Positions 18,412 to 26,937 are shown, counted from the stretch's first letter. The stretch: DNA of 32,000 nt from Sulfolobus acidocaldarius DSM 639 (GCF_000012285.1 NC_007181.1:1920001-1952000); one strand, 5' to 3'. A program made the numbers and translations. Notes: generated from the sequence alone by a model not told the origin.

Positions 18412-20589
18412 ATGCCTAAGTATATAGGTAAACCGCTGAAAAGAATAATAGAAGATCCGCCTCTTGTGACTGGAAGGGCTACCTTTGTATATGACTTAGA
18501 CCTAAGGGGTACATTATACGCATCCTTTGTAAGGAGTCAATACGCACATGCTAAAATAAAAAGTGTAAAATGTCCTGAGGGTTCAATGTGTTTTACATCC
18601 CATGATTTACCCAAGGCTATCACAGGAATAGCTAGGAACGAAGCTGTCTATCAAGGTCAACCTATAGCTGTAGTATTGACCAATGATGAGTATAAGGCAA
18701 GGGACTTAGCAGAAGAGGTTGAAGTTGAATATGAACCGTTACCTAGCGTAATAGACGTTGAGGAAGCCTTGAGTAATAAGGAGAGGGCGATGAGTGAATT
18801 AGAGTCCAACATCGTCTTACAGGATGAGGTTAATGTTGGGGATATTCAAAGTGACTTTAAAAGAGCTTATAAAATTATTGAGGGGGAGCTAATTAATCAA
18901 AGGGTTATCCCCTCTGCCATGGAACCCAGAGGAGCCTTTGCACAATTTGACGGTAAAAGGTTAACAGTGTGGAGTAGTACACAGACCCCATTTGACCTTA
19001 AGAAGTCCTTATCAGAAATCTTATCTGAATACGGCGTTAATGACATAAGAGTTATACAACCTTATGTCGGTGGTGCCTTCGGTAGCAAAATAATAAACTA
19101 TGCTGAGGAGTTCGTTGTAGCCTATCTCTCAGTAGTAACAAAGAGACCCATAAAGTGGTTTAATTCAAGGACTGAGGACATGATGACAACAAACCACGGC
19201 AGGGATATGAGACTAAGGTTTAAGGCTGCGTTTGACTCGGAGGGAAAGCTGTTGGGAATAGAGGGTACACTTATACATGATTTAGGGGCACCCTTCGAAG
19301 ACATAAACAGGGACTCCTTTTGGATGACAACTACAGCAGCGAGGCTGCTAATAGGTAGATATAAGGTCAATTCCCTCAAAATAAGGGTTCTGGGTGTTGC
19401 TACAAACAAAGCCTTTATCGGTGCTTACAGGGGTGCAGGGAGACCTGAGGCTACATATTTTATTGAAAGGATATTGACTTTAGGTGCTAGGGAACTGGGA
19501 TTAGATCAATATGAGGTAAGAGAGAGAAATGTGATGGACGACGTTAATTTCACCAAATTACCCACAGGATTAACGTACGATAGTGGTAAGTACAAAGAGT
19601 TACTTAGAATAGCTAAACCGTACTACAATGACTTAATAAAGAGAAGGGACAGCTTGAGGAGTAAGGGCAAACTAGCTGGTGTCGGTGTCGCAATAGTAAG
19701 TGAGATAGCATCATTTGGTCCTTACTCTACAGCTAAGGTAAAAGTTCTCCCCAATGGTAGAATACAAGTTATAACTGGTACAACGCCCCATGGTCAAGGA
19801 GATGCAACAGCCTTCACACAGATAGCTGCTGAAGTATTTGATGTTGACCCTTCAAATGTAGATGTGCTTTGGGGAGATACTGACCTAATATCAGATGGAG
19901 ACCTAACGGCAGGCAGTAGAACGATAACTGTTGGTGGATCTGCAGTATATGAAGCTGCAGTTAGGCTAAAGGAAAAACTGTTGAAAGTTGTGTCGGAGAA
20001 AATGGGTGTGAGAGCTGAAGAGATCGAGTACAGAGAGGGTAAGTTTATTCATGAAGACAAGACCATGAGTCTGTGGGAGGCTGCAAGGACTTCCATGTTT
20101 ATGGGAGTATTACCTGAGCAGGACTACTCATATGTCATGAATCTCTATACATCCCCTTATGGTGTACATATGGTTCTGGTTGAGGTCGATAGGGACACAG
20201 GCTTTACTAGAGTACTGGATTATAAGGCATTTGATGACGTAGGTGTGGTTGTAAATCCATTATTGGCTGAGGGACAAACTCATGGAGGTGCACTTCAGGG
20301 TATAGGTCAAGCCCTGTACGAGGAGGCAGTTTACTCTCAAGATGGTAACTTGCTGACCTCTAATTTCTCAGATTACGTTCTACCTACTGCCGTTGAGTCA
20401 TTTAATGTTGAGTGGAAGTCATTTGGATTAACAAAATCTGATACCCCAATTGGATCTAAAGGTATTGGCGAGTTACCTACCATAGCTGGAACACCTGCTG
20501 TGGTGAGTGCTATAGAGGATGCAATAGGTAAGAAGATATACACCATGCCCGTCAAACCAGAACTAGTGCTAAAGTTACTAGGAGAATAA
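18412..20589 (+). CDS. Molybdenum hydroxylase large subunit (xanthine dehydrogenase / aldehyde oxidoreductase / form-II CoxL-like)
   Basis: 725 aa. N-terminal IGKPLKRIEDPPLVTGRATFVYDL-type motif, VGGAFGSK, active-site loop GAYRGAGRPE (the AYRGAGR form-II signature, not AYxCSFR of true CODH) and TPHGQGDATAFTQIAAEVF. TATA-like TTTATTAAATG (18382-18392) lies about 26 nt upstream of the ATG. Confidence 0.9.
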   Translation: MPKYIGKPLKRIIEDPPLVTGRATFVYDLDLRGTLYASFVRSQYAHAKIKSVKCPEGSMCFTSHDLPKAITGIARNEAVYQGQPIAVVLTNDEYKARDLAEEVEVEYEPLPSVIDVEEALSNKERAMSELESNIVLQDEVNVGDIQSDFKRAYKIIEGELINQRVIPSAMEPRGAFAQFDGKRLTVWSSTQTPFDLKKSLSEILSEYGVNDIRVIQPYVGGAFGSKIINYAEEFVVAYLSVVTKRPIKWFNSRTEDMMTTNHGRDMRLRFKAAFDSEGKLLGIEGTLIHDLGAPFEDINRDSFWMTTTAARLLIGRYKVNSLKIRVLGVATNKAFIGAYRGAGRPEATYFIERILTLGARELGLDQYEVRERNVMDDVNFTKLPTGLTYDSGKYKELLRIAKPYYNDLIKRRDSLRSKGKLAGVGVAIVSEIASFGPYSTAKVKVLPNGRIQVITGTTPHGQGDATAFTQIAAEVFDVDPSNVDVLWGDTDLISDGDLTAGSRTITVGGSAVYEAAVRLKEKLLKVVSEKMGVRAEEIEYREGKFIHEDKTMSLWEAARTSMFMGVLPEQDYSYVMNLYTSPYGVHMVLVEVDRDTGFTRVLDYKAFDDVGVVVNPLLAEGQTHGGALQGIGQALYEEAVYSQDGNLLTSNFSDYVLPTAVESFNVEWKSFGLTKSDTPIGSKGIGELPTIAGTPAVVSAIEDAIGKKIYTMPVKPELVLKLLGE

Positions 20590-20596
20590 ATTCATG

Positions 20597-20603
20597 TTTT
20601 TTT
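20597..20603 (+). terminator. Oligo-T terminator candidate after the CoxL-like gene
   Basis: A T7 run begins 8 nt after the stop codon. It is embedded in the inverted repeat CATGTTT (20593-20599) / AAACATG (20613-20619). Confidence 0.4.
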
Positions 20604-20812
20604 GTTCACAACAAACATGTATACACATTTTATTTCTATGTTTCGGTTTGTTGGCTCTCCTTTCTTTACAGATCCTCATATTTACTTAAATATTCTATAA
20701 ATATTCAAAGTTATTCCTCTTAAATTAGTTTCAGAGAGTGGCATGAATATTTATGTAAACAAAGGAATAAAATTTTAATTCTCTACCTTATAATAGAGTT
20801 AACTGACCATTA

Positions 20813-21961
20813 TTGAAACCACTTAAAGCGTATACTTTTTTCGCAAACCTAGCTAGCAGTCTCACGAGTCCCTTCATATCGTTTTTCGTAGCCTCAAATG
20901 GAATTATAGGGAGTGTACTTGCTATAGCTACTTCAGCAGGAACTACTTTCCCCGGTATAGCCCAGTACTTTCTAATAAACCTCTCCATCAAGGCTAAGAA
21001 ATTATTGTTTTGGGGAACCTTAGCTGAGGGGATAATCTGGCTATTAATAGGCTTGCTAGCACTAACAAATACTTTCTTTGTAGTTCTGTATGTGATAATA
21101 ACCTTAATTATGGGAGTGACCAATTTTGGATGGCTTTTAATCCTTGATAAGATTAGCGGAACGAGTAGGGGTTTAGTCTTATCCCAATATAATCTATATG
21201 TATATTTGGCAGGTCTCTTGGCTACATTATTCACAGGTTTTGTAGCTAGTAGTGATATAAACGTGTTGAGATTCTTCTTTATAGCTTCAGGTTTACTGTA
21301 TATTTATGGTGCTTACGTCAATTCAAAAATCGACATAGATGTTGAATTTAAGAGTAAGAGTGTATCCCCAATGAAGGTTTTCAAAAACAGTAAGTTAAGG
21401 AATTTTCTTTTGGCAAACTCTCTTTTTACATTTACGTGGGCAATGGCATGGCCATTATTCCCATTGGCTCAGGTTTATAAGTTTCACCTCGATAGTTTTG
21501 AGATAGCTATTATTAATGTGATAGGCAACCTGTCCACAGTAATTTTACAAAGAATTGTTGGTAGATTAATAGATAAACACAGAGTTGCCACCATGTTTTT
21601 CAGCAGATTTGCATTAGCTACATTCCCATTAGCCTATGCCTTTTCTACGACTCCCTATGAGATCTACGCATCAAGCTTAGTTTCAGGGTTTACCAATTCG
21701 GCATCAGTATCGCTTACTGCATACATATTGGATGTTTCAGACTATCAGCATAAAAGGACAATAATAGCGTTATACAACATGCTAGCAGGATTAGCTGCAC
21801 TAGGAGGATCCCTATTTAGTAGCTTTATCTTTGGATTATTACTGAGTTACTTCTCAAATATGGTTACTACAATAGATGTGATGTTAGGCTCAATAGGTGG
21901 ATTAAGGATTATTGCTTCTCTTCTCTTCTTGAGAGTAGAAGAGAAAATAGATAAATTGTAG
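20813..21961 (+). CDS. MFS-type membrane transporter (divergent)
   Basis: 382 aa, about 10-12 hydrophobic helices, TTG start (no in-frame ATG for about 100 codons). Loop QRIVGRLIDKHRV resembles a second-half MFS motif A. Family assignment is weak. Confidence 0.6.
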   Translation: MKPLKAYTFFANLASSLTSPFISFFVASNGIIGSVLAIATSAGTTFPGIAQYFLINLSIKAKKLLFWGTLAEGIIWLLIGLLALTNTFFVVLYVIITLIMGVTNFGWLLILDKISGTSRGLVLSQYNLYVYLAGLLATLFTGFVASSDINVLRFFFIASGLLYIYGAYVNSKIDIDVEFKSKSVSPMKVFKNSKLRNFLLANSLFTFTWAMAWPLFPLAQVYKFHLDSFEIAIINVIGNLSTVILQRIVGRLIDKHRVATMFFSRFALATFPLAYAFSTTPYEIYASSLVSGFTNSASVSLTAYILDVSDYQHKRTIIALYNMLAGLAALGGSLFSSFIFGLLLSYFSNMVTTIDVMLGSIGGLRIIASLLFLRVEEKIDKL

Positions 21962-22045
21962 CTTGATATAATAACTCAAAAACTTTGTTAAAAATTCTTG
22001 AAATAAGTGATAAAAGTAGAATAAGTTTTGATTATTACCTTTGTC

Positions 22046-23188
22046 TTAGCGTTCATCGAACTCTCCTCCCTTTAGGTACTTGAGTACCTTGATTCCGTAA
22101 TTTTTGGCTAATCTTATCGGAATCTCTCCTTTTGCTCTAAGTCTAAATATAATTATTGGAATAATTTCCTTGTCTCTAAATACCTTCTTAACCATTTCAA
22201 CCTTAGCATAAAATCTCTTTACGTCTCTTTCCCTTAAAGTTGCTTTCACTTCTCCGAGATAGACTTTGTTATTGTACTCTAGAAATACGTCAAACTCTAA
22301 ATTCTTTTTTCCGAATTTTATAGTTTTTCCGCTTACTTTACTGACATCTATGCCTTGATTTTTAAGCCAAGCAGGGAAATCTCTCCTGATTATCTCCTCT
22401 GTCATTAGACCGAATGTATTTTCTAGTCCACTTACTCTCTCGTTTAATGCTGAAACAGACTTTACCAATTTATCAACGATTTTGGTTAGACGTATAATGG
22501 CTTTTGTGTTCTCCTCTGTCATTTTCCTTAATTCAGCTATAGCCTTTGTGTTCTCCTCTGTTTGCTTCCTAAGTTCAATAATGGCTTTTGTGTTCTCCTC
22601 TGTCATTTTCCTTAATTCAGCTATAGCCTTTGTGTTCTCCTCTGTTTGCTTCCTAAGTTCAATAATGGCTTTTGTGTTCTCCTCTGTCATTTTCCTTAAT
22701 TCAGCTATAGCCTTTGTGTTCTCCTCTGTTTGCTTCCTAAGTTCAATAATGGCTTTTGTGTTCTCCTCTGTCATTTTCCTTAATTCAGCTATAGCCTTTG
22801 TGTTCTCCTCTGTTTGCTTCCTAAGTTCAATAATGGCTTTTGTGTTCTCCTCTGTCATTTTCCTTAATTCAGCTATAGCCTTTGTGTTCTCCTCTGTTTG
22901 CTTCCTAAGTTCAATAATGGCTTTTGTGTTCTCCTCTGTCATTTTCCTTAATTCAGCTATAGCCTTTGTGTTCTCCTCTGAACTCTTCACCAAGTTCCCT
23001 GTTATTTCCCTTAAGCCTGCCAGCTCCTTTCCAATTTCTTCAAACTTTTTATCATAATCCTTCTGCTGTTCTCTGAAATCTTGGCTAATTGAGTGTAACT
23101 CTTTTAGACTCTCAGCTAGTGACTTCACAAGGAAAGTTTCTAATTCCTCCCTAACTATCTCTCTTACCCTTTTCTCGTCAACTACCAT
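22046..23188 (-). CDS. Coiled-coil protein with a C-terminal PD-(D/E)XK nuclease-fold domain (DUF3782-like architecture)
   Basis: 380 aa. The centre is about 11.6 copies of a 14-aa unit, TEENTKAIAELRKM / TEENTKAIIELRKQ. The C-terminal LEFDVFLEYNNKVYLGEVKATLRERDVKRF gives a D...E-x-K motif of restriction-endonuclease-like folds. TTATATATAA (23212-23221) is centred 28 nt upstream of the ATG (leaderless geometry). Confidence 0.8.
   Translation of the reverse strand: MVVDEKRVREIVREELETFLVKSLAESLKELHSISQDFREQQKDYDKKFEEIGKELAGLREITGNLVKSSEENTKAIAELRKMTEENTKAIIELRKQTEENTKAIAELRKMTEENTKAIIELRKQTEENTKAIAELRKMTEENTKAIIELRKQTEENTKAIAELRKMTEENTKAIIELRKQTEENTKAIAELRKMTEENTKAIIELRKQTEENTKAIAELRKMTEENTKAIIRLTKIVDKLVKSVSALNERVSGLENTFGLMTEEIIRRDFPAWLKNQGIDVSKVSGKTIKFGKKNLEFDVFLEYNNKVYLGEVKATLRERDVKRFYAKVEMVKKVFRDKEIIPIIIFRLRAKGEIPIRLAKNYGIKVLKYLKGGEFDER
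22494..22980. repeat. Perfect 84-bp tandem repeat, 5.8 copies, in-frame inside the CDS
   Basis: The unit aatggcttttgtgttctcctctgtcattttccttaattcagctatagcctttgtgttctcctctgtttgcttcctaagttcaat recurs with starts at 22494, 22578, 22662, 22746, 22830 and 22914. I saw no mismatch between copies. Each unit is two diverged 42-bp half-units. Confidence 0.95.
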
Positions 23189-23480
23189 TATGTTATTTAC
23201 TCATTTCAAGATTATATATAATTTTTTGAGAGACTACGTCATTTTCCTTTGTTAAGGTAAAATTTAATCTTAATATTATGGTTTTTCGATATAATAAAAA
23301 CGAATACTATTATTAATCTAACAGCGAAAACAGAAAACTTTCCACCTTACAATAATCTGAGTTCCAGATGGTGTCTTCATTTTACCGTTAAAAGATAGGA
23401 AAAATCAGATGTCCCAAGAATTTCTTAAACTCTACAAATTCCCATGGCAGACTTTTGAAATGTCTAATATACAAGTTAAG

Positions 23481-24245
23481 TTATCTTTTTTCTCCCAAAT
23501 TAACTTTCCCTAGGGCAAAACTCGTCATAACCTCTGTTATCTCCTCCACATTAGTCTCCTCTTTCTTCTTATGAAATATTATTTTTCCTCTGTCAAGTAC
23601 ATAGATCCTATCAGCAACCTCATATCCCTGAATTATATTGTGGGTAATTATCAAGACGCCGAGCCCCTTCTTTTTTAGGTTTCGTGCTAACTCTAGTACT
23701 TTCCTAGCCTCTACGACACTTAATGCTGCAGTGGGCTCGTCCATCAAAATCATTTTAGCAGAGAAATAGACCGCCCTAGCAACAGCTACTGCCTGCCTTT
23801 GTCCACCTGACAAGTTCTCCACTTTCATATTTATATCAGGTATTCTTATCTGTAGGGAGTCGAGTAATTTTTTAGACTCCTCCATCATTTTTTTCTTATT
23901 GAGGAATATCTTATTTGTTACTTCCCTAGCCAAGAATATGTTGTAATAAATTGGTAAATCGGGGATTAGAGCTAAATCCTGATATATAGTCTCTATACCC
24001 AAACTTCTAGCATCATTCGGAGAGTTAAATATGACCTTCTTTCCCTCAAATACTAAGTCTCCGCGGTCAGGTTTGTGATAACCTGAAATTATTTTAATTA
24101 GCGTTGATTTTCCCGCTCCGTTATCGCCAAGTAAAGCAACCACTTCACCCTTATTTATCTCCATTGATACACCGTCCAACGCTTTAACAGCACCAAAACT
24201 CTTATGAACATCCCTTATCTCTAGTAGGTCACTCATTTTCCTCAA
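23481..24245 (-). CDS. Sugar ABC importer ATP-binding protein (single NBD)
   Basis: Walker A GDNGAGKST, signature LSGGQRQ, Walker B ILMDEPT, H-loop ITHN. Overlaps the permease gene end by 17 nt. GAGG lies 5 nt upstream of the ATG. Confidence 0.9.
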   Translation of the reverse strand: MRKMSDLLEIRDVHKSFGAVKALDGVSMEINKGEVVALLGDNGAGKSTLIKIISGYHKPDRGDLVFEGKKVIFNSPNDARSLGIETIYQDLALIPDLPIYYNIFLAREVTNKIFLNKKKMMEESKKLLDSLQIRIPDINMKVENLSGGQRQAVAVARAVYFSAKMILMDEPTAALSVVEARKVLELARNLKKKGLGVLIITHNIIQGYEVADRIYVLDRGKIIFHKKKEETNVEEITEVMTSFALGKVNLGEKR

Positions 24246-25299
24246 CTCTCCTGTATATTTTTTGTATTTTAAATTTTAATATTTTTGTTATTCTATCTTT
24301 GCCTTCAGGGGATGAGGACGTAGCAGTAGCTATAGACTTCAGCTTATATGATGCTCTCTTCGCGTAATACGAAAGTACCATCACCACTACTATGGCTCCT
24401 CCCAAGATTGCGTCAAACTCGTAGGCATTTATGCCAAGTATGTTAAATCCATTCAGAAGCTCAGATATAAATACAGAACCTAAAAAGGCACCAACCAGGC
24501 TACCTTTTCCTCCCACTAATGATGTTCCGCCTATTACGGCAGCAGCTATACCCTCCAATACCACGTCTGCGGTGAAGTTTGTTGCACCAATAGTCAGGAC
24601 TCTAGATCCCTGAATTATACCCACTAAGGCTCCGATGTTTGCCATTATTATGAAATTTATAATTTTCACCCTATCTACGGGTACACCTACCTCTGAGGCT
24701 CCTGTAGGATTACTCCCTGCTGCTATTGTCCAAACTCCTATCTTAGTATAGTGTAATAGTAGTATTAGAAAGACCAATGCCCCCAATGACCATATAAAAG
24801 GTACAGGGAGAATTGAAACAGTACCTCCAAGGAATCTGAAATACGGAAATGACTCAGGATATCCACCTGAGTAAATTAATGCTATACCATTGAAAAGGAA
24901 AAGTGTGCCTACAGTCGTTATTAATGAGTTCACTTTAGCCTTAGTTGTAATCAAACCGTTCATAAGACCTATTAATGACGCGAGACCTAGGCTTAGCAGT
25001 ATTGAGACCACTATGGCAGGTGTGGGTGAAATTGCCTGATATATGGAGTTATATATGGTCAAGGTTATTAACGGTACGAAATTTGCCAGTGCGGGAGGTG
25101 ATAGGTCGATCTCTCCGCACAGCATAAGCATAGCTTCACCTATAGCAATAATCCCAATTTCTGCAAGATACTGAAATATTGTGGTTATGTTGTTTGAGCT
25201 AAAATAGGCGGAATTCTCGAAGTAGAAAAACAGCGCAATAATTACATTTACTAAAAAAAGTTGGAATTCAAATCTTCTAACTACATTTAATATATTCAT
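24229..25299 (-). CDS. CUT2-type (RbsC/XylH-like) sugar ABC importer permease
   Basis: 356 aa and highly hydrophobic. Typical BPD_transp_2 blocks GEIDLSPPAL, TKAKVNSLITTVGTLFLFNG and GGTSLVGGKGSLVGAFLG. Confidence 0.9.
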   Translation of the reverse strand: MNILNVVRRFEFQLFLVNVIIALFFYFENSAYFSSNNITTIFQYLAEIGIIAIGEAMLMLCGEIDLSPPALANFVPLITLTIYNSIYQAISPTPAIVVSILLSLGLASLIGLMNGLITTKAKVNSLITTVGTLFLFNGIALIYSGGYPESFPYFRFLGGTVSILPVPFIWSLGALVFLILLLHYTKIGVWTIAAGSNPTGASEVGVPVDRVKIINFIIMANIGALVGIIQGSRVLTIGATNFTADVVLEGIAAAVIGGTSLVGGKGSLVGAFLGSVFISELLNGFNILGINAYEFDAILGGAIVVVMVLSYYAKRASYKLKSIATATSSSPEGKDRITKILKFKIQKIYRRVEENE

Positions 25300-25305
25300 T
25301 GTAGG

Positions 25306-26514
25306 TTACCCACTTGAAGATGACGATGAGGTAGTTGATGTAGGTTTATAAGCTGTTGATGAACCCTCATATCTTGACGCCAGTAAATATGGCTGTATAT
25401 TACTATTGGTTATGAACTTGGAGCCGGTGTCAATATTTAATGGATATACTAAAGTATCAGATATTAGGTAAAGATATATTGCCAAAGTTGGGAGGAAACC
25501 TTGTAGGTATGGCTGCTGATCTATTGTGAAGTCCAGGTAACCATCAACTATGTTTTGAATAGTTGCAGGTAATAGATCATATCCACCAGCAGCTATTGTA
25601 CCACCATTTGATACAGTCTTTATCCCGTGTTCTCTCAACACATTACCTACACCCTGAGTGCTTCCTGCATCTACTGCAAACATTCCCTTTACATCAGGAT
25701 GACTGTTAAAGTAACTCTCTATAGCAGACTGTTCATCACTTACTAAGGCGCCAGTTGCTACAACATCAATAGTGTAGTGTCCCTCAATAACACTTTGAAT
25801 TCCGTCTATTCTTGGTTGTATATTAGCTGTACCAGGTGTAGCTATAAATAACGCAACTCTGGAACCTGAAGGAACTAAATTAAGTATTCTCTGCCCGAAT
25901 AACTGACCTGATGCATATAACGACTGTCCAATGTAGCCTAGATAAGGTGGATTATGATACTGAGAGTAACTTGGATCATCTGTAGGTATATAAGCGTTAT
26001 ATGCAAACACAGGAATACCAGCATTTAATGCGTCTTGTGTAGGTTTATCAAAAGCATTAGGTGATATAACAGAAACTGCTATACCGTTTGCCCCTTGAGA
26101 TATGGCAGCCTCCATATCATTTACCATGGTAGTGGTATCTGAGGTCTCTGAGCCAGTCCACTGATAGTTACAATCTAGTAATAGACAAGCATCTTGAATA
26201 CCGTACTGTGTTGGGACGAAGAAGGGATTAGTAGTTACGTGATTGATAAAGACAATCTTCCACGTTGGATGCTCTGGAACTTGCCCATACATAAACCCTG
26301 GCTGTGGGGGAGCAACACCTGAAGATGAAGAGCCCTTTGGTGCAGTTACGTATCCTGACCCAAATCCTGCACCGAATGCTGCTAGGACTCCAGCAATAAT
26401 ACCGCCCTTTGCTAATGTAGACAGTGCTCTTCTTCTAGACAAGTCTGTTTTAGACACTTGATTAATTATAGCTTTTGCAATTTCCTCTTTTATCTCATCT
26501 TTAGATTTCGCCAT
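25306..26514 (-). CDS. Type-I periplasmic-binding-protein-fold sugar-binding protein (RbsB/XylF-like) with an N-terminal anchor
   Basis: WKIVFINHVTTNPFFVPTQYGIQDA and ANGIAVSVISPNAFDKPTQDALNAGIPVFAYN are typical of the pentose/hexose PBP type I. The N-terminus has a charged 25-aa segment, SRRRAL, a TM helix and a Ser-rich linker. The C-terminal tail is TSTTSSSSSSG. Confidence 0.85.
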   Translation of the reverse strand: MAKSKDEIKEEIAKAIINQVSKTDLSRRRALSTLAKGGIIAGVLAAFGAGFGSGYVTAPKGSSSSGVAPPQPGFMYGQVPEHPTWKIVFINHVTTNPFFVPTQYGIQDACLLLDCNYQWTGSETSDTTTMVNDMEAAISQGANGIAVSVISPNAFDKPTQDALNAGIPVFAYNAYIPTDDPSYSQYHNPPYLGYIGQSLYASGQLFGQRILNLVPSGSRVALFIATPGTANIQPRIDGIQSVIEGHYTIDVVATGALVSDEQSAIESYFNSHPDVKGMFAVDAGSTQGVGNVLREHGIKTVSNGGTIAAGGYDLLPATIQNIVDGYLDFTIDQQPYLQGFLPTLAIYLYLISDTLVYPLNIDTGSKFITNSNIQPYLLASRYEGSSTAYKPTSTTSSSSSSG

Positions 26515-26557
26515 GTTATGATAAGTAAGACGCTTATCAATTATTAGTATTTATTTT

Positions 26558-26565
26558 AACATGTT
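26558..26565 (-). promoter_or_regulatory. ARA-box (AACATGTT) abutting the BRE/TATA of the sugar-binding-protein promoter
   Basis: The minus strand reads AACATGTT-AAAATAAATACTAATAATTGATAAGCGTCTTACTTATCATAAC-ATG. The palindrome sits directly upstream of an A/T-rich TATA element, 43 nt from the start codon. The ARA-box consensus AACATGTT is described for arabinose/xylose-inducible Sulfolobales promoters. An 8-mer match alone is expected about once by chance in 32 kb, so the support comes from its position. Confidence 0.6.
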
Positions 26566-26937
26566 AAACGTTATAAACGCTGAGTAATAATTATAGATAT
26601 AATATTGCAGTTAGTATTTATACTTTATTTAACTGTTTTTCACACCCATAACGTATGAGCACTTCACAGAGTAGAAGATATGTGATACCGTCTCCCAACT
26701 TGACTTACAATTCAGAAGTTTTATGTTAGCCTAGAACTTTTTACTTTATCATTGTTTTTCTCATATCATCGCCTTTCTCCCTTAACAACAAACAAGAAAT
26801 AATTGACCTTCACAACCTCTATTTTCTCCTTCCCTTTAATCTAAACTGATTAATTTATTTACTTACCTACTAATATTATAGGAGTTTTCAACTTGTTTAT
26901 AAAAAGTCTTTTTAAATAGAAATCTTCCAATCTTTAT

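Noticed and set aside
18390-18419. 9-codon upstream ORF (MTTRKPLYA) overlapping the CoxL-like start
   Set aside because: The TATA geometry predicts a leaderless transcript starting at about 18412, which would exclude the uORF. It is also too short to evaluate.
18412-20589. Calling this gene a carbon-monoxide dehydrogenase (CoxL)
   Set aside because: The active-site loop is AYRGAGR rather than the AYxCSFR of bona fide form-I CODH, and no coxM/coxS/accessory genes are present. Only the generic molybdenum hydroxylase call is supported.
20593-20621. Near ARA-box AACATGTA within the inverted repeat CATGTTT/AAACATG after the CoxL-like gene
   Set aside because: It has one mismatch to the consensus and lies about 190 bp upstream of the next start codon, with no adjacent TATA. 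It is more simply read as a hairpin plus T7 terminator context.
20788-21234. 148-aa minus-strand ORF
   Set aside because: It overlaps the 5' third of the MFS gene on the opposite strand. The translation is lysine- and proline-rich with no membrane or domain signal, whereas the plus-strand frame gives coherent TM helices.
22494-22980. Possibility that the regular repeats form a CRISPR array
   Set aside because: The repeats are contiguous with no unique spacers, the period is 84 bp and they are in-frame coding. No cas genes are in the window.
22482-23057. 191-aa plus-strand ORF (MAFVFSSVIFLNSAIAFVFSSVCFLSS repeated)
   Set aside because: It is the antisense reading of the 84-bp tandem repeat. 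The frame stays open only because of the repeat periodicity. The minus-strand frame has flanking non-repeat domains and a good promoter.
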